From the NCBI GenBank assembly GCA_951406725.2, contig OX597829.1, positions 22,196,001 through 22,260,000 of the forward strand: a DNA stretch of 64,000 nt. The letters run 5' to 3'. Of this stretch, positions 51,066-64,000 are shown in pieces. The DNA is from Octopus vulgaris. Its lineage: Eukaryota. The first letter of the stretch is position 1; each line of letters begins with the position of its first letter. The notes beneath the pieces were generated by a model that did no database searches, was not told the DNA's origin, and saw only the letters and a program-made list of their open reading frames with translations. Both the position numbers and the translations under genes were made by a program.

Positions 51066-53316
51066 TCACAGTCAAAGCATGGCTGTACTGTATCATCCAC
51101 AGTTTCTATATACGAGTTGAACTGTAGGTCTCATAAGTGTTCCACTTAGCATGATTAGGTACACGCAGGTGTGGCTGTTGCAAAAAACCTTGCTTCCCAA
51201 TCTTATGGTCCTGGGTTCAGTCCCACTGCATGGTTCCTTGGGCAGGTAAGTGTCTTCTACTATAGCCCTGAGCCAACTAAAGCCTTGTGAGTGGATTTGA
51301 TAGATGGAAACTCTGTGTGTGTCTGTGTTTATTTCCCCCACCCCCACCCAATAAAGTCAAAGTATGAAGTTTTACTGTATTGTCTTTAGCTTCTCCACAT
51401 TTTACACCCACACCAAATACTATTTTTAGAATTCCTCTGACAAAGAGGAATAAGGAAATACAAAGAGATACAAATGAGAAAAAAAATAAACAAGAAACAA
51501 ATTAAGGGGAAAATAAAGTAAGGGTAAAGGATAAAGAGGCCCAGCATATTCATCTTTAACTTGCTTGGAATTTTAGGAAAATAAGAAAAGAACATTTAGA
51601 GGTAAGAATGTCATGAAAGCATATAACCTTTAACAATTACCTGTCTCTTGTGTCTGTTAGTGTTCCACTTCAAAGAAACCAGTTCACTTCCTTAAATCAG
51701 CAGGATACCAAAAACTGTCACTTTACAGACTTAATTTTAGACATATGATATCATTACCTCCTCTTTACTCTGTGTTGCTTTTCAAGTCATTAAGCCATAC
51801 ACACACACACACACACACACACTTATTCTACCCCAATATACATACATGTGTATATACATACATATATTTATCCAAACACTCTCACTTGCCATTCTCATGA
51901 ATCTTTTTCTTTTCTTCCTTTTTTTTTTTGTCTTTTTGTTTCAGTCATTAGACTGCAGCATTGCTGGGGCATTGCCTTGAAGAATTTTTAATTGAATGAA
52001 TTGATCCCTGTACTTATGTGCTTATTGTTTTGTTTTTTTAAGCCTGGTACTTATTCTATCAGTCACTTTTGCTAAACTGCTAAGATATGGGGACGTCAAG
52101 CTGTGATGGAGGACAAACACAGACACACACACACACACACACACACACATGCACGCACACATAGTTTCCATCTACCAAATCCACTCACAAGGCTTTGGTT
52201 GGCCGTGGGCTATAGTAGAAGACACTTGCCCAAGGAACCACACAGCAGGACTGAACCCAGAACCATGTGATTGAGTAGCAAGCTTTTTGCAATACAGCCA
52301 CCCCCGTGCCTTTGTGTACCCATTCATGTTAAGTGGAACACTTATGAAACCCACAGTTCTACTCAATACATTTTTTTTTATTTATATCCATTCATTTGGA
52401 ATTATGAGCATAAAGCTTCAAAAGGAATTTAATTCATCACCGTAATCTTATGGGGCTTTGTTTGTACACACCTACCCTCTCTCTCTTTCGGAGAGGTACT
52501 GAGCAGCTATACGCACACATACACACACGGCAGTAACTTCCACCTACCGAGTTCAATCACAAAGCTCTGGTCGGCTCGGGGCTATAGTGGAAGACACCTA
52601 CCCAAAGTGCCACGCAGTTGGACTGAACCCGAAACCATGTAGTTAAGAAGCAAGCTCCCTAACCACACAGCCATGCCCGTGATATGTCTGTGCATGTAAT
52701 AATACTACAAGGGTTCCAGTTGATATGATCAATGGAACAGTTTGCTCATGAAATTAGCATGCAAGTGGCTGAGTACTCCACAGACACATGTACCTTTAAC
52801 GTAATTCTCAGGGAGATTCTGCATGGCACAGAATGTGATAAGATTGGCCCTTTGAATTACAGATACTATTCATATTTGCCAGCTGAGTGGACTGGAGCAA
52901 TGTGAAATAAAGTGTTTTGCTCAAGAATACAACAAACCACCGGGAATCAAACTCACAACCTTACCCTAACCATTAAGCCAACTTTACCCTAACCATGAAG
53001 CCATGCACCTTCACTGTATAATAATACTACTATAAAAATACTTTCAATATTTATTCTACAATTACATGTCGTAAATGCATATACATTTATACCGAATGAT
53101 AAATATATCTATATCATCATTGTTTCACCTTTAACCAAATGACTTTAGACTGTTATGTGTGAGTATTGTTTGAAGTGGCGTACAAATTTTATACACTGTT
53201 TGTATGATGGTGATACTTGTTTATATTTAGCGTACAATGTCGAGACAAAAAGACAACTCCCCCACCCCCACTGCATCCACACACACACATCACATAAATA
53301 TGTGTGTGTGTGTGCA

Positions 53317-54440
53317 TATCATCATCGTTTAATGTCTGTTTTCTATGCTGGTTTGGGTTGGATGTTTTGATAGGAGCTAGGCAAGTCAGAGGACTGCACC
53401 AGGCTGTACTGTGTTCTACTGTCAACTGTGCATAGTTTCTACATCTGGATACCCTTCCTAATGCCAACCATTTTACAGTGTGTACTGGGTGCTTTCTTTT
53501 TTATGTGTGTAGCACTAGCACCAGTGACGGTTATGAAGTAACTTACAAGACAAGACCCCCCCCCACCTCAACTGAGAGGAGAAATTGTATTGAGGGAGGT
53601 CACTTTGTGCCAGGTGATGGGAAGTTAAACCAAGATAAGGGAACAGAAACAAGTGTCTTGCTGAAGAGGAGATACATGGCTAGCCCATTTGGGGAGAGAA
53701 GATGGTAGAAGTGAAGATGTGCTAGGGCATACCCTTAGGATATAAAGAGGTGAATGAAAATGGAGTTGTACAGAGGATTCGACAGGGTGAGTGAATAAGG
53801 AGTTCATAAGAGTGCAAAGAATATTTTCTGAACACCCTCTTCCACTTGCTAATTTTCTCATCTATGTAACAGAAACTATGTTCAACCTCTAAGGATCCTC
53901 CCGGGGATTTGAGGAAATCAATTGCTTGTATTCTTGATGTTTATTGTTTCTGCTCATCTGCTATATACAAAGACTACTTTCTCTGTTGTCATTCTGCTGT
54001 GCCTCCTATGTGTCCATAGCTTGCACTGCGTGCATCAAATGGAATTCTTTGCAGCACTTTTTCTATATATTGAGCAGGGTCATTTTACCTGGCAAAAAGA
54101 GGGTTTTACCACTTTCTTGCTCACTACAACTTTGGTCTTTGCTAGGTTAACTTTAAGGACCTTTGATTCTAGGTTTTGCTTCCATATCTGGAATTTCTTT
54201 TCCAATTCTGCCTCAGACTCTGCTAAAAGAATGAGGTCATCTTCATATAGTAGTTCCCGCAGGCAGCCAATCTTAAATTCCTCTGTTACAGCCTGGAGGA
54301 TTGAGAACTGACCCCTTCATAATTGTACTCATGGATGACTTTACTGACAGCACCGTTCAACATGACTTGCACAGCTCTAACAAGCCATTTGTCTGTTCAA
54401 GACTTGTCTAGAAACAACCAGATATAGAGTGAGAGACTCT
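53317..54440 (-). mobile_element. Decayed, internally deleted RTE-type LINE (RT fragment, Cys/His finger, 3' UTR, tail)
   Basis: Minus strand reads ILQAVTEEFKIGCLRELLYEDDLILLAESEAELEKKFQIWKQNLESKVLKVNLAKTKVVV (YADD-like), followed by PCSI..NSI*CTQCKLWTH with stop codons. Ends in the (GAT)n tail family. Confidence 0.85.
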
Positions 54441-56337
54441 GTCAAAAGCTTTTCCAGCTTGTGAGTGGATTTGAAGCTGAAAGAAGCTTGTGTGTGTGTG
54501 TATACATACATGCATACAGACACATTTCCAATATTCTGTGAGAACATGTCTGGTTACAGGGAAATATTACTTTGCTTAGAAACAGATGAAGATTAGTAAT
54601 GAGAAGGGCATCTGGCTTTGGAAAATCTGCTTCAATAAAAGAATTAAAATCTCCATCTGTTGGATGCAAGAACAGAAAAGTGGACATTGAATGATTAAAT
54701 GATTGGACCATTAATCCCTACACATTTTTTTCTCTTAATCCTTTCTGTTGAAGAGCCTAGACCCAAAACAGCAAAGATTTTTGTTTTCTATAAATTTGAA
54801 ATATATATATATATATATATATATAAAAGCTTCTTGGCAAATGATTAAAGTAGCATAAAATATAGAGATATAAAATTAAATATAGTGTATGATGACTTTG
54901 AATTATTTTAGCATTTGTTTTTGTGTTGCAAATAAAAATTAAAATGTGATGTTAATTTATTGTAAGAAGTATCAGTATGGTGTATGTTTTAAATATGTGG
55001 TAAGTCCAGATGTCGTAAAAATATCCTTCCAATTCTTACACCACTTATTTTGTGAATGTATATAGAAAAAAAAAAGTTAAAAGTAACAATGTGGGATACT
55101 TACTGAAGTCCAGTATGTGAAAAATGGGCTCACTGCCATTCTTTTGAGAAAGATAATCTTTATGGAAGCAATTTGTAAAAAGATCTCTGGAGATCACTTT
55201 CTACCATTTTCTCCTGCAGTAATCAAACTGTTACAGAAATACCAATGAAGGAACCACTGTCTGGTCACTTGCCTTGTTAGAAACAACTGTCAAATTTCAC
55301 TCTCTTTTGGAAAAGCCACTCCAGATAACTTCTGAATTCCTTAAAAAAAGACAGGACGGTCATGGCTAGAATGCCTTTGATCACAGGTTTACCTGATGAG
55401 GGTTGACCTGTGGCTAAATACTAGCATCTCCAGTTTAGGAGAGATTGTAAAGGTTACAGTCACTGTTCTTCCTCTCTGACTAAATTTAGCAAAAATGGAA
55501 AAGACTAATTGGCGGAGGGAGGAGGGGCAACTTTGTCCTTTTTGACAAATAGCTTTTATATTAGTGGGCGTGTTAAAACTGCCGCTAATTTGTGGGCCTG
55601 GGTGTGTCCATAAAGTACCCCCACTGAACAGTTTAGTCAGCTAAACATGTTCCTTCCTGAAATGCTTTGTTTTGGTCCTGCAGTATTTTTGTCATACCTC
55701 ATAATGTTCTAATCCTACTTCTGTTAATTTCAGGGGGGGGGGGTTTAATGTGGCAAGGGCGGTGGTGGTGGTGGCTTTTTTTCTTTTCTTGTTTTTTGTA
55801 TGTGTATTTGGGTGCCCCCCCCCTTTCCTTTTGTCTCTAAGATTGGCATGTAGTGAAACCTGGTATTCTCTGTCTCTCATCCAATGTGAGAGATACACTT
55901 TATGATTTTGAAATTTATAGGTTTAAATTATAATCTATTTATCTTTTCTGAAAGTTTTCTTGTGTTTTTTTTAGGCAATATATTAGGCAATTGTTGAGAC
56001 TTCAGTGACACATATAGAAAAATTGTTAAAAACTTTTGCAGACTCAAGATTTCTCTTGTTTTGACTCTCAGTTCTCTCATCTTTCTTTCTTTCTTTTTTT
56101 TTTTTTCGTGCTGTTTATTCCAAACTTCTTTAGAAACCACCAGATAATAGAGCAAGAGACACTGTCAATCGGTCTTTGACTTAAAGGAGAGAACTTCCAC
56201 ATTGTTTATTCAACGGGCTAGAAGGTTCAACCCAATCTCTCTTTAAAAAATCACACCTTATTGTCTTTATGCACACAATTTTATATATATGTATATATAT
56301 ATGACTGAAATGTGTAAAAGAATATATATATATATAT

Positions 56338-56547
56338 TCTTTTATACATTTCAGTGATTTTGACTGCAGCCATGCTGGAGCACTGCCTTAAAGGGTTTCA
56401 GCTGAAGAAATCGACACCAGGACTTATTCTTTGTAAACCTAGTACTTATTCTATCGGTATCTTTTGCCAAGCCACTAAGTTACAGGGACATAAACATACC
56501 AACATCGGTTGTCAAGTGATGGTAGGAGGACAAATACAAACACAAAG

Positions 56548-56578
<31 letters not shown>

Positions 56579-56736
56579 AATATATATACACGACGGGCTT
56601 CTTTCAGTTACCGTCTGTCAAATCCACTCACAAGACTTTGATCGGCCTGAGGCTATAAGGGAAGACACTTGCCCAAGGTGTCATACAGTGGAACTGACTC
56701 TGAAACCATGTGGTTGGGAAGCAAGTTTCTTATCAC
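56338..56736 (-). mobile_element. SINE family A whose head abuts an RTE insertion
   Basis: Family body present. The head is cut off at the LINE (ATT)n tail. Confidence 0.88.
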
Positions 56737-57093
56737 ATAATAATAATGTTCGTCCTTCGGTTCGAAGATGACCAACTGACATCATCTGATGGAACTGCCG
56801 CCATGAGACCGGAGGTGGCTGGTGAGGCCAATCCGGGCAAGGAAGACCCTCCCACAGGTGGGGCAGAAGTGGGTAGGGGCCGTGCTACTGGTGCAGGCGG
56901 CTCTGGCTTTACGCATCTGACGTTTCTGCTCCGCTGACCGAATCCGTCCCTCCTCGGCTGTCCCTGCTCCCACGGTGATTGCGCTGCGCCAGGATGAGCG
57001 GTTGGCAGCAAGTGTCTCCCAGGTCTCTGTTCCGATGGAGAAGTCTTTGAGAGAGACCTTGAGACTATCCTTGTAGCGCTTCTTCTGCCCTCC
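56737..57093 (-). mobile_element. Young 5'-truncated RTE-clade LINE 3' end (C2H2 zinc-finger terminus)
   Basis: Uninterrupted [36 protein letters not shown]...[21 protein letters not shown], then a short 3' UTR and (ATT)n tail. GC- and CpG-rich. Confidence 0.9.
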
Positions 57094-57273
<180 letters not shown>

Positions 57274-57799
57274 ACATTTGATGATGTCTAATAGTTCAAG
57301 ACACGAGAAACAATGTTTGAAATTAAATGACAAGCTGGTCACAGCTGGAACATCTGTGATTGTTGTAGGTCTCTTGGATCAAAACTGACATGTAGTGGTG
57401 GTGGTGGTGGTGGTGACGACTTACAAACTTAGTTGGTAATACATATTTTATTATTACTTTCTGACTTTTTTTTTTTTACACCCCCGCCCCCCCCCTGAGC
57501 CGTAAAACTGGTTTGCTCTATGACAAAACTTTTTTTTTTTTTTTTTTTCATCTGCAGCAGAACTTTTACTATATCGCTTATTAAAACCGCAAAAAAAAAA
57601 AAAAAAAAAAAAAAAGGAAGAAAAAATCTACTGGGATTCTTGTTGGCATAATTTCTGTTCCTCTCACTTTATCTCTCTCTCTCTCTCTCTCTCTCGTGGT
57701 CTCTCTCTCTCTCTCTCGTGGTCTCTCTCTCTCTCTTTCTCTCGTGGTCTCTCTCTCTCTCTCAGAATAAGAAAGAAAAAGTCAGCGTTATTTTGAATG

Positions 57800-57952
57800 T
57801 CACGTCTATGTAGGTTAAATGTAATGTAGCGCAGACAGTTTGTAGGAAAAAAAAAAAAAAAGATACCTGTTACGGTTATTATGTGGTAGGGTATAGAGCA
57901 GGAAAGCAGAAAGTTAGCTAGCTTTCTTATATATATATATATATATCATTTT

Positions 57953-57986
<34 letters not shown>

Positions 57987-58519
57987 CGCTCACATGTATT
58001 GTGAAGCCGAAGTCGGAATGTATATAGCTGTCAACAAGTCAACATTTGTACTATTTCGATTTTGTCATCTCATTATTATTGTTATTATTATTATTACTAC
58101 TATTATTATTATCTTTCTGGTGCCTTTATTGGTGAGGAGGAGTGCTGTTGGCTTATTATCTGTTTTGTTGTATTGAAATTGCTACCAAATACGTAACCCC
58201 TGTGGCAAATAAAATGTATTATTAATAGCATTAATGCTCTAATTCGCCCGGTTTAAAGTCGACATTACACATGCGTGCGCGCGCCACTGTATGTATGTAT
58301 GTGTGTGTGTGCGTGCGTGTGTATAAGTAAAGCATACACACACATGCTTGTGTGACTTAAACACACACACGCTATTTTCTCTTACCCTTGCTGTTGTGAC
58401 CGATACTTCATTGTTAATTTTTGCCCTCCTTCCCACTACTTTACACATGCTTGCTCGCCACCTGACCGTGCAACCAGTCAACTGCTGACTTATTCATGCT
58501 AAGCTCTTTCTCTCCTTTT

Positions 58520-58553
<34 letters not shown>

Positions 58554-59508
58554 CTCTCTCACACACGTCTGTGCACACACGCCACGCGCGCACACATCCA
58601 TTCTTTTCACCTTGTTATCCCCCACCCACCCGCCACCGCCTCGCCATCATACTCAAGAAATAGGTATATCCACCCTTGTCTATCCATTTCTGTTTAATGT
58701 AGGTTTTTTTTTTCTTTCTTTCTTTCTTTCTTTTTTTTTCATGTCATTTATGTACTTTTTTTTTTTTCTCCCTTTGTTGTATAATTTTCACCGTTTTCTC
58801 GAACGGCGCCGTCGATGTTGTTGTAATCGCTGCTGTAGTCAGTTTTCGCCGTCGTCATCATCATCATCAGCAGCAGCAGCAGCAGCACCACCAACGTGGT
58901 CGAGCTCGCTCTTGTTACCGCCGTCATCGTAGTCGTTTTTGTAGAAGTAGCTAGTGCCGTGCTGCTGCTGCTGATGTTCATCTTATCCTAATATATTATA
59001 GCAACAGTGCTCTCAGCTGAGAGGGGAAAAAAAATACTAAAAACAAAAACAAAAAAAAAAACCTAGTTGGCGGCTGTGGACCGGCAGTCAGCCAGGCAGC
59101 CTTAGCTACTAGCAGCAGTAGTAGTAATTGCTGCTGCTTCTACTACTACTACTACTACTACTACTACCGCTATTACTGGTAGTACTACCACTGCAGCTTG
59201 TCACATTCGTTCAGTTGTGCGGCAGGTGAATGTCTTTTAGAGAGGCAGAGAAACGTGAGTTGGCATTTTGTTGTACTTGTGGCACACACACACACACACG
59301 CATATTACAACCCTAACTCTCGTCTCCCACCCCTTGTTCTCCTTATGATCCCATCCTTTATTGTTATTATTATTATTATTATTATTTAATTGCTGGCCCT
59401 CATCATCACGTCCCGTCATCGTTATTTCGTAAACCTCTCTTCCACATTTTTAAAGATATATATATATGTATATATATTTCACAACGAGACTGCCTCTTGT
59501 ACACATAC

Positions 59509-59548
<40 letters not shown>

Positions 59549-61560
59549 TATATACACACACACACACGTCCCATGCCAGCGTGTCTATGATAGATACAGA
59601 TCGTACAGCAGAGATATTTTAGCTTTTCTTTCTTTCTCTTTTTTTTTTTTTTTGTGAGGTATCTGTGTGGGGGGCGGTGGGATTTTCAAATCTTGAATTT
59701 TTATTTATTTGTCATGCCAGCTTTTTTAACGAAAACTTCAACTTTTATCTTACCATCGTTGTTAAGTTTGCTCACAACTTATATATAGCTACGTAATTAT
59801 GTATGAATGTGTGTGTATATGTATATATGCATATACATACATACAAGTGAAAACAAATTCCACGTATTTACACACACACACGTATATATATATATATATA
59901 TATATATATACTCTCGGGACGGACATTTGTGTTTTTCTCACTATTATTATTTAGTATGTCATTGATATCTCAGAAAGTAGTTTCGTATTAGCAGTGTACG
60001 TTTTATTATCCAACGATTGTACAAAGACATGTCATAATTAGGGATCCTTTCGTCTAATTAGACACCGTAATAAACAAACTTGAAGCCACATAATTAACAA
60101 CACATATATGCATATATACATTCGAATATTCCCCAGTGTTGTTATTTAAAACATTTTGACTAAAGTACATAATTTATGGTGAAGATACATGAATGATTTG
60201 ATTTTGTGTGTGTGCGTGGCGGGGAGAGGGAGTTTGACACAAATGGCTTGTTTTCTCAACAAACCACCTGCTATATATTTTGTATATTATCTTCTATTAT
60301 TCTACAACCAAAGATTTTATATTTAGCTCGATAAATCAGATTGTCAGATGTTATTTAGAGAAGTTGCTAGAAAGTTAATCTGTCTTTGTGTTCTGAATTC
60401 TACCCTTGTCTCTTTTAATGCTCTGTCTTTCAAAAATGAACAATTATCATCATCATTGTGTTGCATGTTTATTGGCTAGTTTAGGTCATTGGTTAGCATT
60501 GTGTCAAAGACATATGTATGGACATAAGAAATATGGGCTTTTATTTTTCCTTTCCTTGCTTTTAGATTATTATATCTCCGTTGCCGTTGTCACAATATTT
60601 TATTTGAATAATTTTTATGTAATACATTTTAAATTACAAAATCTAGGTGTTCGGTTTGTGATAGCTATTCCAAAACTCCTCTTGTATACACACTCACTTG
60701 TTCTCCCTGGTCTTATAGAGGAGTGTTTGTGTGACGTTGTGATGTTCGTACCTGCTAAGAACATTGGCAATTATTACAGGTGATAGATACAGTTCCAGCT
60801 GTGGAATTGAATTCGGTTTGCGATCCCGGGTCGCCGAAAACTAGCGGTCGTTATCACAACTCGTGGTAGTTTCAAATTACTGTTTCGTTATTCATTACTA
60901 TTCGGGAATGTTAATGCCAAGAATGAATGTTTCGACATGAAACTAGTTTAAAATATTTCTAATAATTCAATAACACCACCTCACTACCACTACCACCACA
61001 ATAGCTTTCCTTTATAGAGTTCTATTTTGACACCAGCAGTGAATTAGTGCGTGTTACCTCATACACTGCCGGAAGAATTACTGAGTGAAAAACACGTTTC
61101 TTTGGCATTTAGTTTAGTATCTAGATTTGACATGTCTTGATAATTGTTTATGCCATAATGTTAGGTCCTTATTACATCATATCTTTATTTTTACTTCTAC
61201 ACAATGTCACAGATAGAGGGGGGGGGTTGTCTAGCTGAATTTGTTCTACAAAGCAGAGCGGCGAGTGAGCTACTGTGGTTTGCGGCCGGACGAACGTATC
61301 TGACAAGCACACCAGCTGTGCTTTTCTTCTATCTCCAGTGAACCACTCTATTGATATGAGAACGAATTAATCCGTAGTTATTAATTATTTATTCATTGAT
61401 GGCTGTGTACGTGTGTTTGCAAATCATTAAGATATGTAGTTCAAAAGTTGAATAACATATTTCGACTCCGAATGGGAGACAGACTAGCTGACTAGTTAGT
61501 TGCTTTGCCAACAACACACCTTGTACAACCGTGACCACTGCCACCGCCGCCTTGCTCCTA
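57800..61560. promoter_or_regulatory. CpG-retaining, transposon-poor island; possible internal promoter or first exon
   Basis: Frequent CpG (e.g. gcgtgcgcgcgcc, gaacggcgccgtcg, gcggccggacgaacg) against a CpG-poor background. (CT)n tracts and triplet repeats are present, no SINEs were recognised, and a candidate donor gcag|gtgaat lies at 59225/59226. Confidence 0.5.
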
Positions 61561-61751
61561 TGTTCATGCAGCCTTTTCCTGTTTTTTGCTACTATTACTA
61601 CTACAATTAGTACTTGTGTTAATTCCAATCAGCTGGTTGCTGTTGTAAAAATTATTCATGACAACTACTTGTTAGCGTTTTCAGTTTCTACTGAAAATTC
61701 GGTCTTCTTTTGAGACCTTATGCATTTAGTAGAAATGGTTATTATTACTAT

Positions 61752-62048
61752 TTATTGTCTTTGCACAGCTTCTACCGCTGGAGATGTACTACGGTGCCAG
61801 CTGTTCACTACCAGTAAACTATGGTAACACCCCTTATTTTCCGATCGCCACTCGTAGTGTTCGAGCGTTTCCAAGCAGTGCTGTTTTCTGCAGACGCTCC
61901 ACCCTTATTGCAACCCCTATTCGTTCCATGTACTTCTCAAGATTTTTACTCACTGTTCCCAGGGCTCCGACAATTATTGGTGCTACCACCACCTTTTTCA
62001 TCGACCACAACTGCTTAACCTCCCAAGCTAACCTGTCATATCTATCGA

Positions 62049-62050
<2 letters not shown>
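61752..62050 (-). mobile_element. 5'-truncated R4/Dong-like non-LTR retrotransposon 3' end
   Basis: VDRYDRLAWEVKQLWSMKKVVVAPIIVGALGTVSKNLEKYMERIGVAIRVERLQKTALLGNARTLR matches the C-terminus of restriction-like-endonuclease elements. Flanked by (TAA)n on both sides. Confidence 0.85.
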
Positions 62051-62096
<46 letters not shown>

Positions 62097-62933
62097 ACTT
62101 TGCCTTTGATCCTTTCGGGATCAAGCAGTGGGCTCAATATAATCGACTTACCCCGCCCGCTCCTCAATTTGTACCAAAATTTGAAACCGTTATTAAGGCG
62201 GTGAGCTGGCAGAATCGTTAGCACGTCGTACAAAATGGTTAGTGGCATTTCTTCCGGCTCTTTACTTTCAGAGTTCAAACACCGCCGAGGTCTGCTCTAC
62301 CTTTCATGTTATTTGTGGGGGGTCGAGCAAAATTAGTCTCAGTTGACCATTTGGGGGATGGGAGGTTTTCGGCTTTCCTTCCCCTCAAAATCGCCTTGTG
62401 CCAAAATTAAAAAACATTATTATTGAGTGAAAGAGCAGTGCATGCCACTGTGGTACAAATATATGAGGCTCAATATACCCAGCATGACTGCATGTCTGAT
62501 AAGGGTACACCAGGCACATGAATCACAACCATGTGTGCATGACCATGCAGGTGGGACCCACTTAGAATTTCTTTTCAAGTTGAGTAGCCCATTCTGCTCA
62601 AAAGGTTCCCAAATATGGTTTGTTTAAGGATGTTGAACAAAGCACCCATGTTTCCAGAGGTGATATTTGAAATGGTTCATCATAACACTTCTTGAGCTGT
62701 TTCCCCCCAAATATAAACTGTATAATGGAATCTAAAGTGTTAATTTTAATCCATAATTCAGTTAAGAAAAGAGAAGAAAAAAACCTATAATCTCAGTTCA
62801 TTTATTAATCTAATCTCTCCACCTAAAACCAGTTGGGCTACTTCATGGATGCTTTAAATCTTTTAGGTAAATGCTCTGAAAACTAAGCATAAACTACCGC
62901 CTTCTGTTAAGATAATAAAGCAGTACTTTGTAT

Positions 62934-63311
62934 ATACTCTTTTACTTGTTTCAGTCATTTGACTGTGGCCATGCTGGAGCACCACCTTTAGTTGAGCGAA
63001 TTGACCCCAACACTTATTCTTTGTAAGCCTAGTACTTATTCTATCAGTCTCTTTTGCCGAACCGCTAAGTTGCGCGGACGTAAACACACCAGCATCAGTT
63101 GTCAAGCGATGTTGGGAGTTTAAACACAGACACACATACATATATACGATGGGCTTCTTTCAGTTTCCATCTACCAAATCCACTCACAGGGCTTTGGTCG
63201 GTCCGAGGCTATAGTAGAAGACACTTGCCCAAAGTGCCACGTAGTGGGACTGAACCCTGAACCATGTGGTCGGTAAGCAAGCTACTTACCATACAGCTAC
63301 TCCTGCGCCTA
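62934..63311 (-). mobile_element. SINE family A, full length
   Basis: Complete head, body and tail, with a short internal microsatellite. Confidence 0.92.
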
Positions 63312-64000
63312 TGTTAAGAAACGGTTCTTTTATGGGATTGGCAGATGCATGAACATCACTAATAGAAATCCAACATTGTGACATAATTCGATAGAAAATG
63401 GAATGGAATAAATTAAACTCTGTCATAATTATCTCTTGATAATGATGTTTATCACAGTTAGTAACATCTTATCTTGGGAAATTGTTGTCAGACATTCTGA
63501 CAAACAGCTTGTTTGCTATGAACTCATAATTTCACTTGATAATTATAATGCATATATATATATAGACGGATAGAAAGATATTCAGACAGGCAGACAAATT
63601 TAGTTCATAGGTAACTTTATTATCGCTTTGATTGAATCAGTGTGTCTGTGTGTGTATATAATCATCATTTTAGTGTCCACTTTTCCATGTTCACATAGGA
63701 TGCATGAAGTTGCTGAAGCAGATTTTCTATGGCCAGATGTCCTTCATGTTGCCAACCTTCAGCAGTTTCCAAGTAAGGAAACATCTACCCATGACCAGAC
63801 ATGTTTTCACGGATGATTGGAAACAAAGTACACCACTTGTACTACAGTGAAACTTTTGTGTGATGTCAAGACAAGGGGACAGTCACTCTCTTACGCACAA
63901 GCACGCACACACATGTATACAGTGGTCTTTCAGTCCCTGTCTACCAAATCCACAAGGCTTTTGAGAATGAATAGAAGACATTTGTCCAAGGTGCTATGCA

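Noticed and set aside
52960-53000. Telomere-like CCCTAA repeats
   Set aside because: Only two copies, arising from a short duplication in a SINE head.
53922-54311. 129-aa + strand ORF
   Set aside because: It is the antisense shadow of the decayed RT on the - strand.

Overview
AT-rich, microsatellite-saturated animal genomic DNA. The SINE families look like those of an octopus (recognised from memory, not from a search). The only host coding sequence I can support is two + strand internal exons of an oxysterol-binding protein (OSBP-like) gene: 11414-11619 (C-terminal half of the PH domain) and 20375-20616 (acidic linker plus helical region). Both have canonical splice sites and their phases match. 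The rest appears to be intron. It is filled with tRNA-derived SINEs (CORE-like and Meta-like), RTE and R4/Dong LINE fragments, piggyBac-, Tc1/mariner- and hAT-type MITEs, a non-autonomous Helitron, tandem repeats and fold-back sequences. Most ORFs in the supplied track are repeat or microsatellite artefacts. The main observations are: (1) about ten Penelope-type hammerhead-ribozyme-like motifs, including a tRNA-headed SINE-like element with a hammerhead and a Penelope-style inverted tail; (2) two near-perfect long inverted repeats (184-bp and ~95-bp arms); (3) inverted SINE pairs bracketing the two OSBP exons; (4) a CpG-rich, transposon-poor island at ~57.8-61.6 kb that may be an internal promoter or first exon. 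All coordinates were read by eye, and no alignments or folding programs were run.
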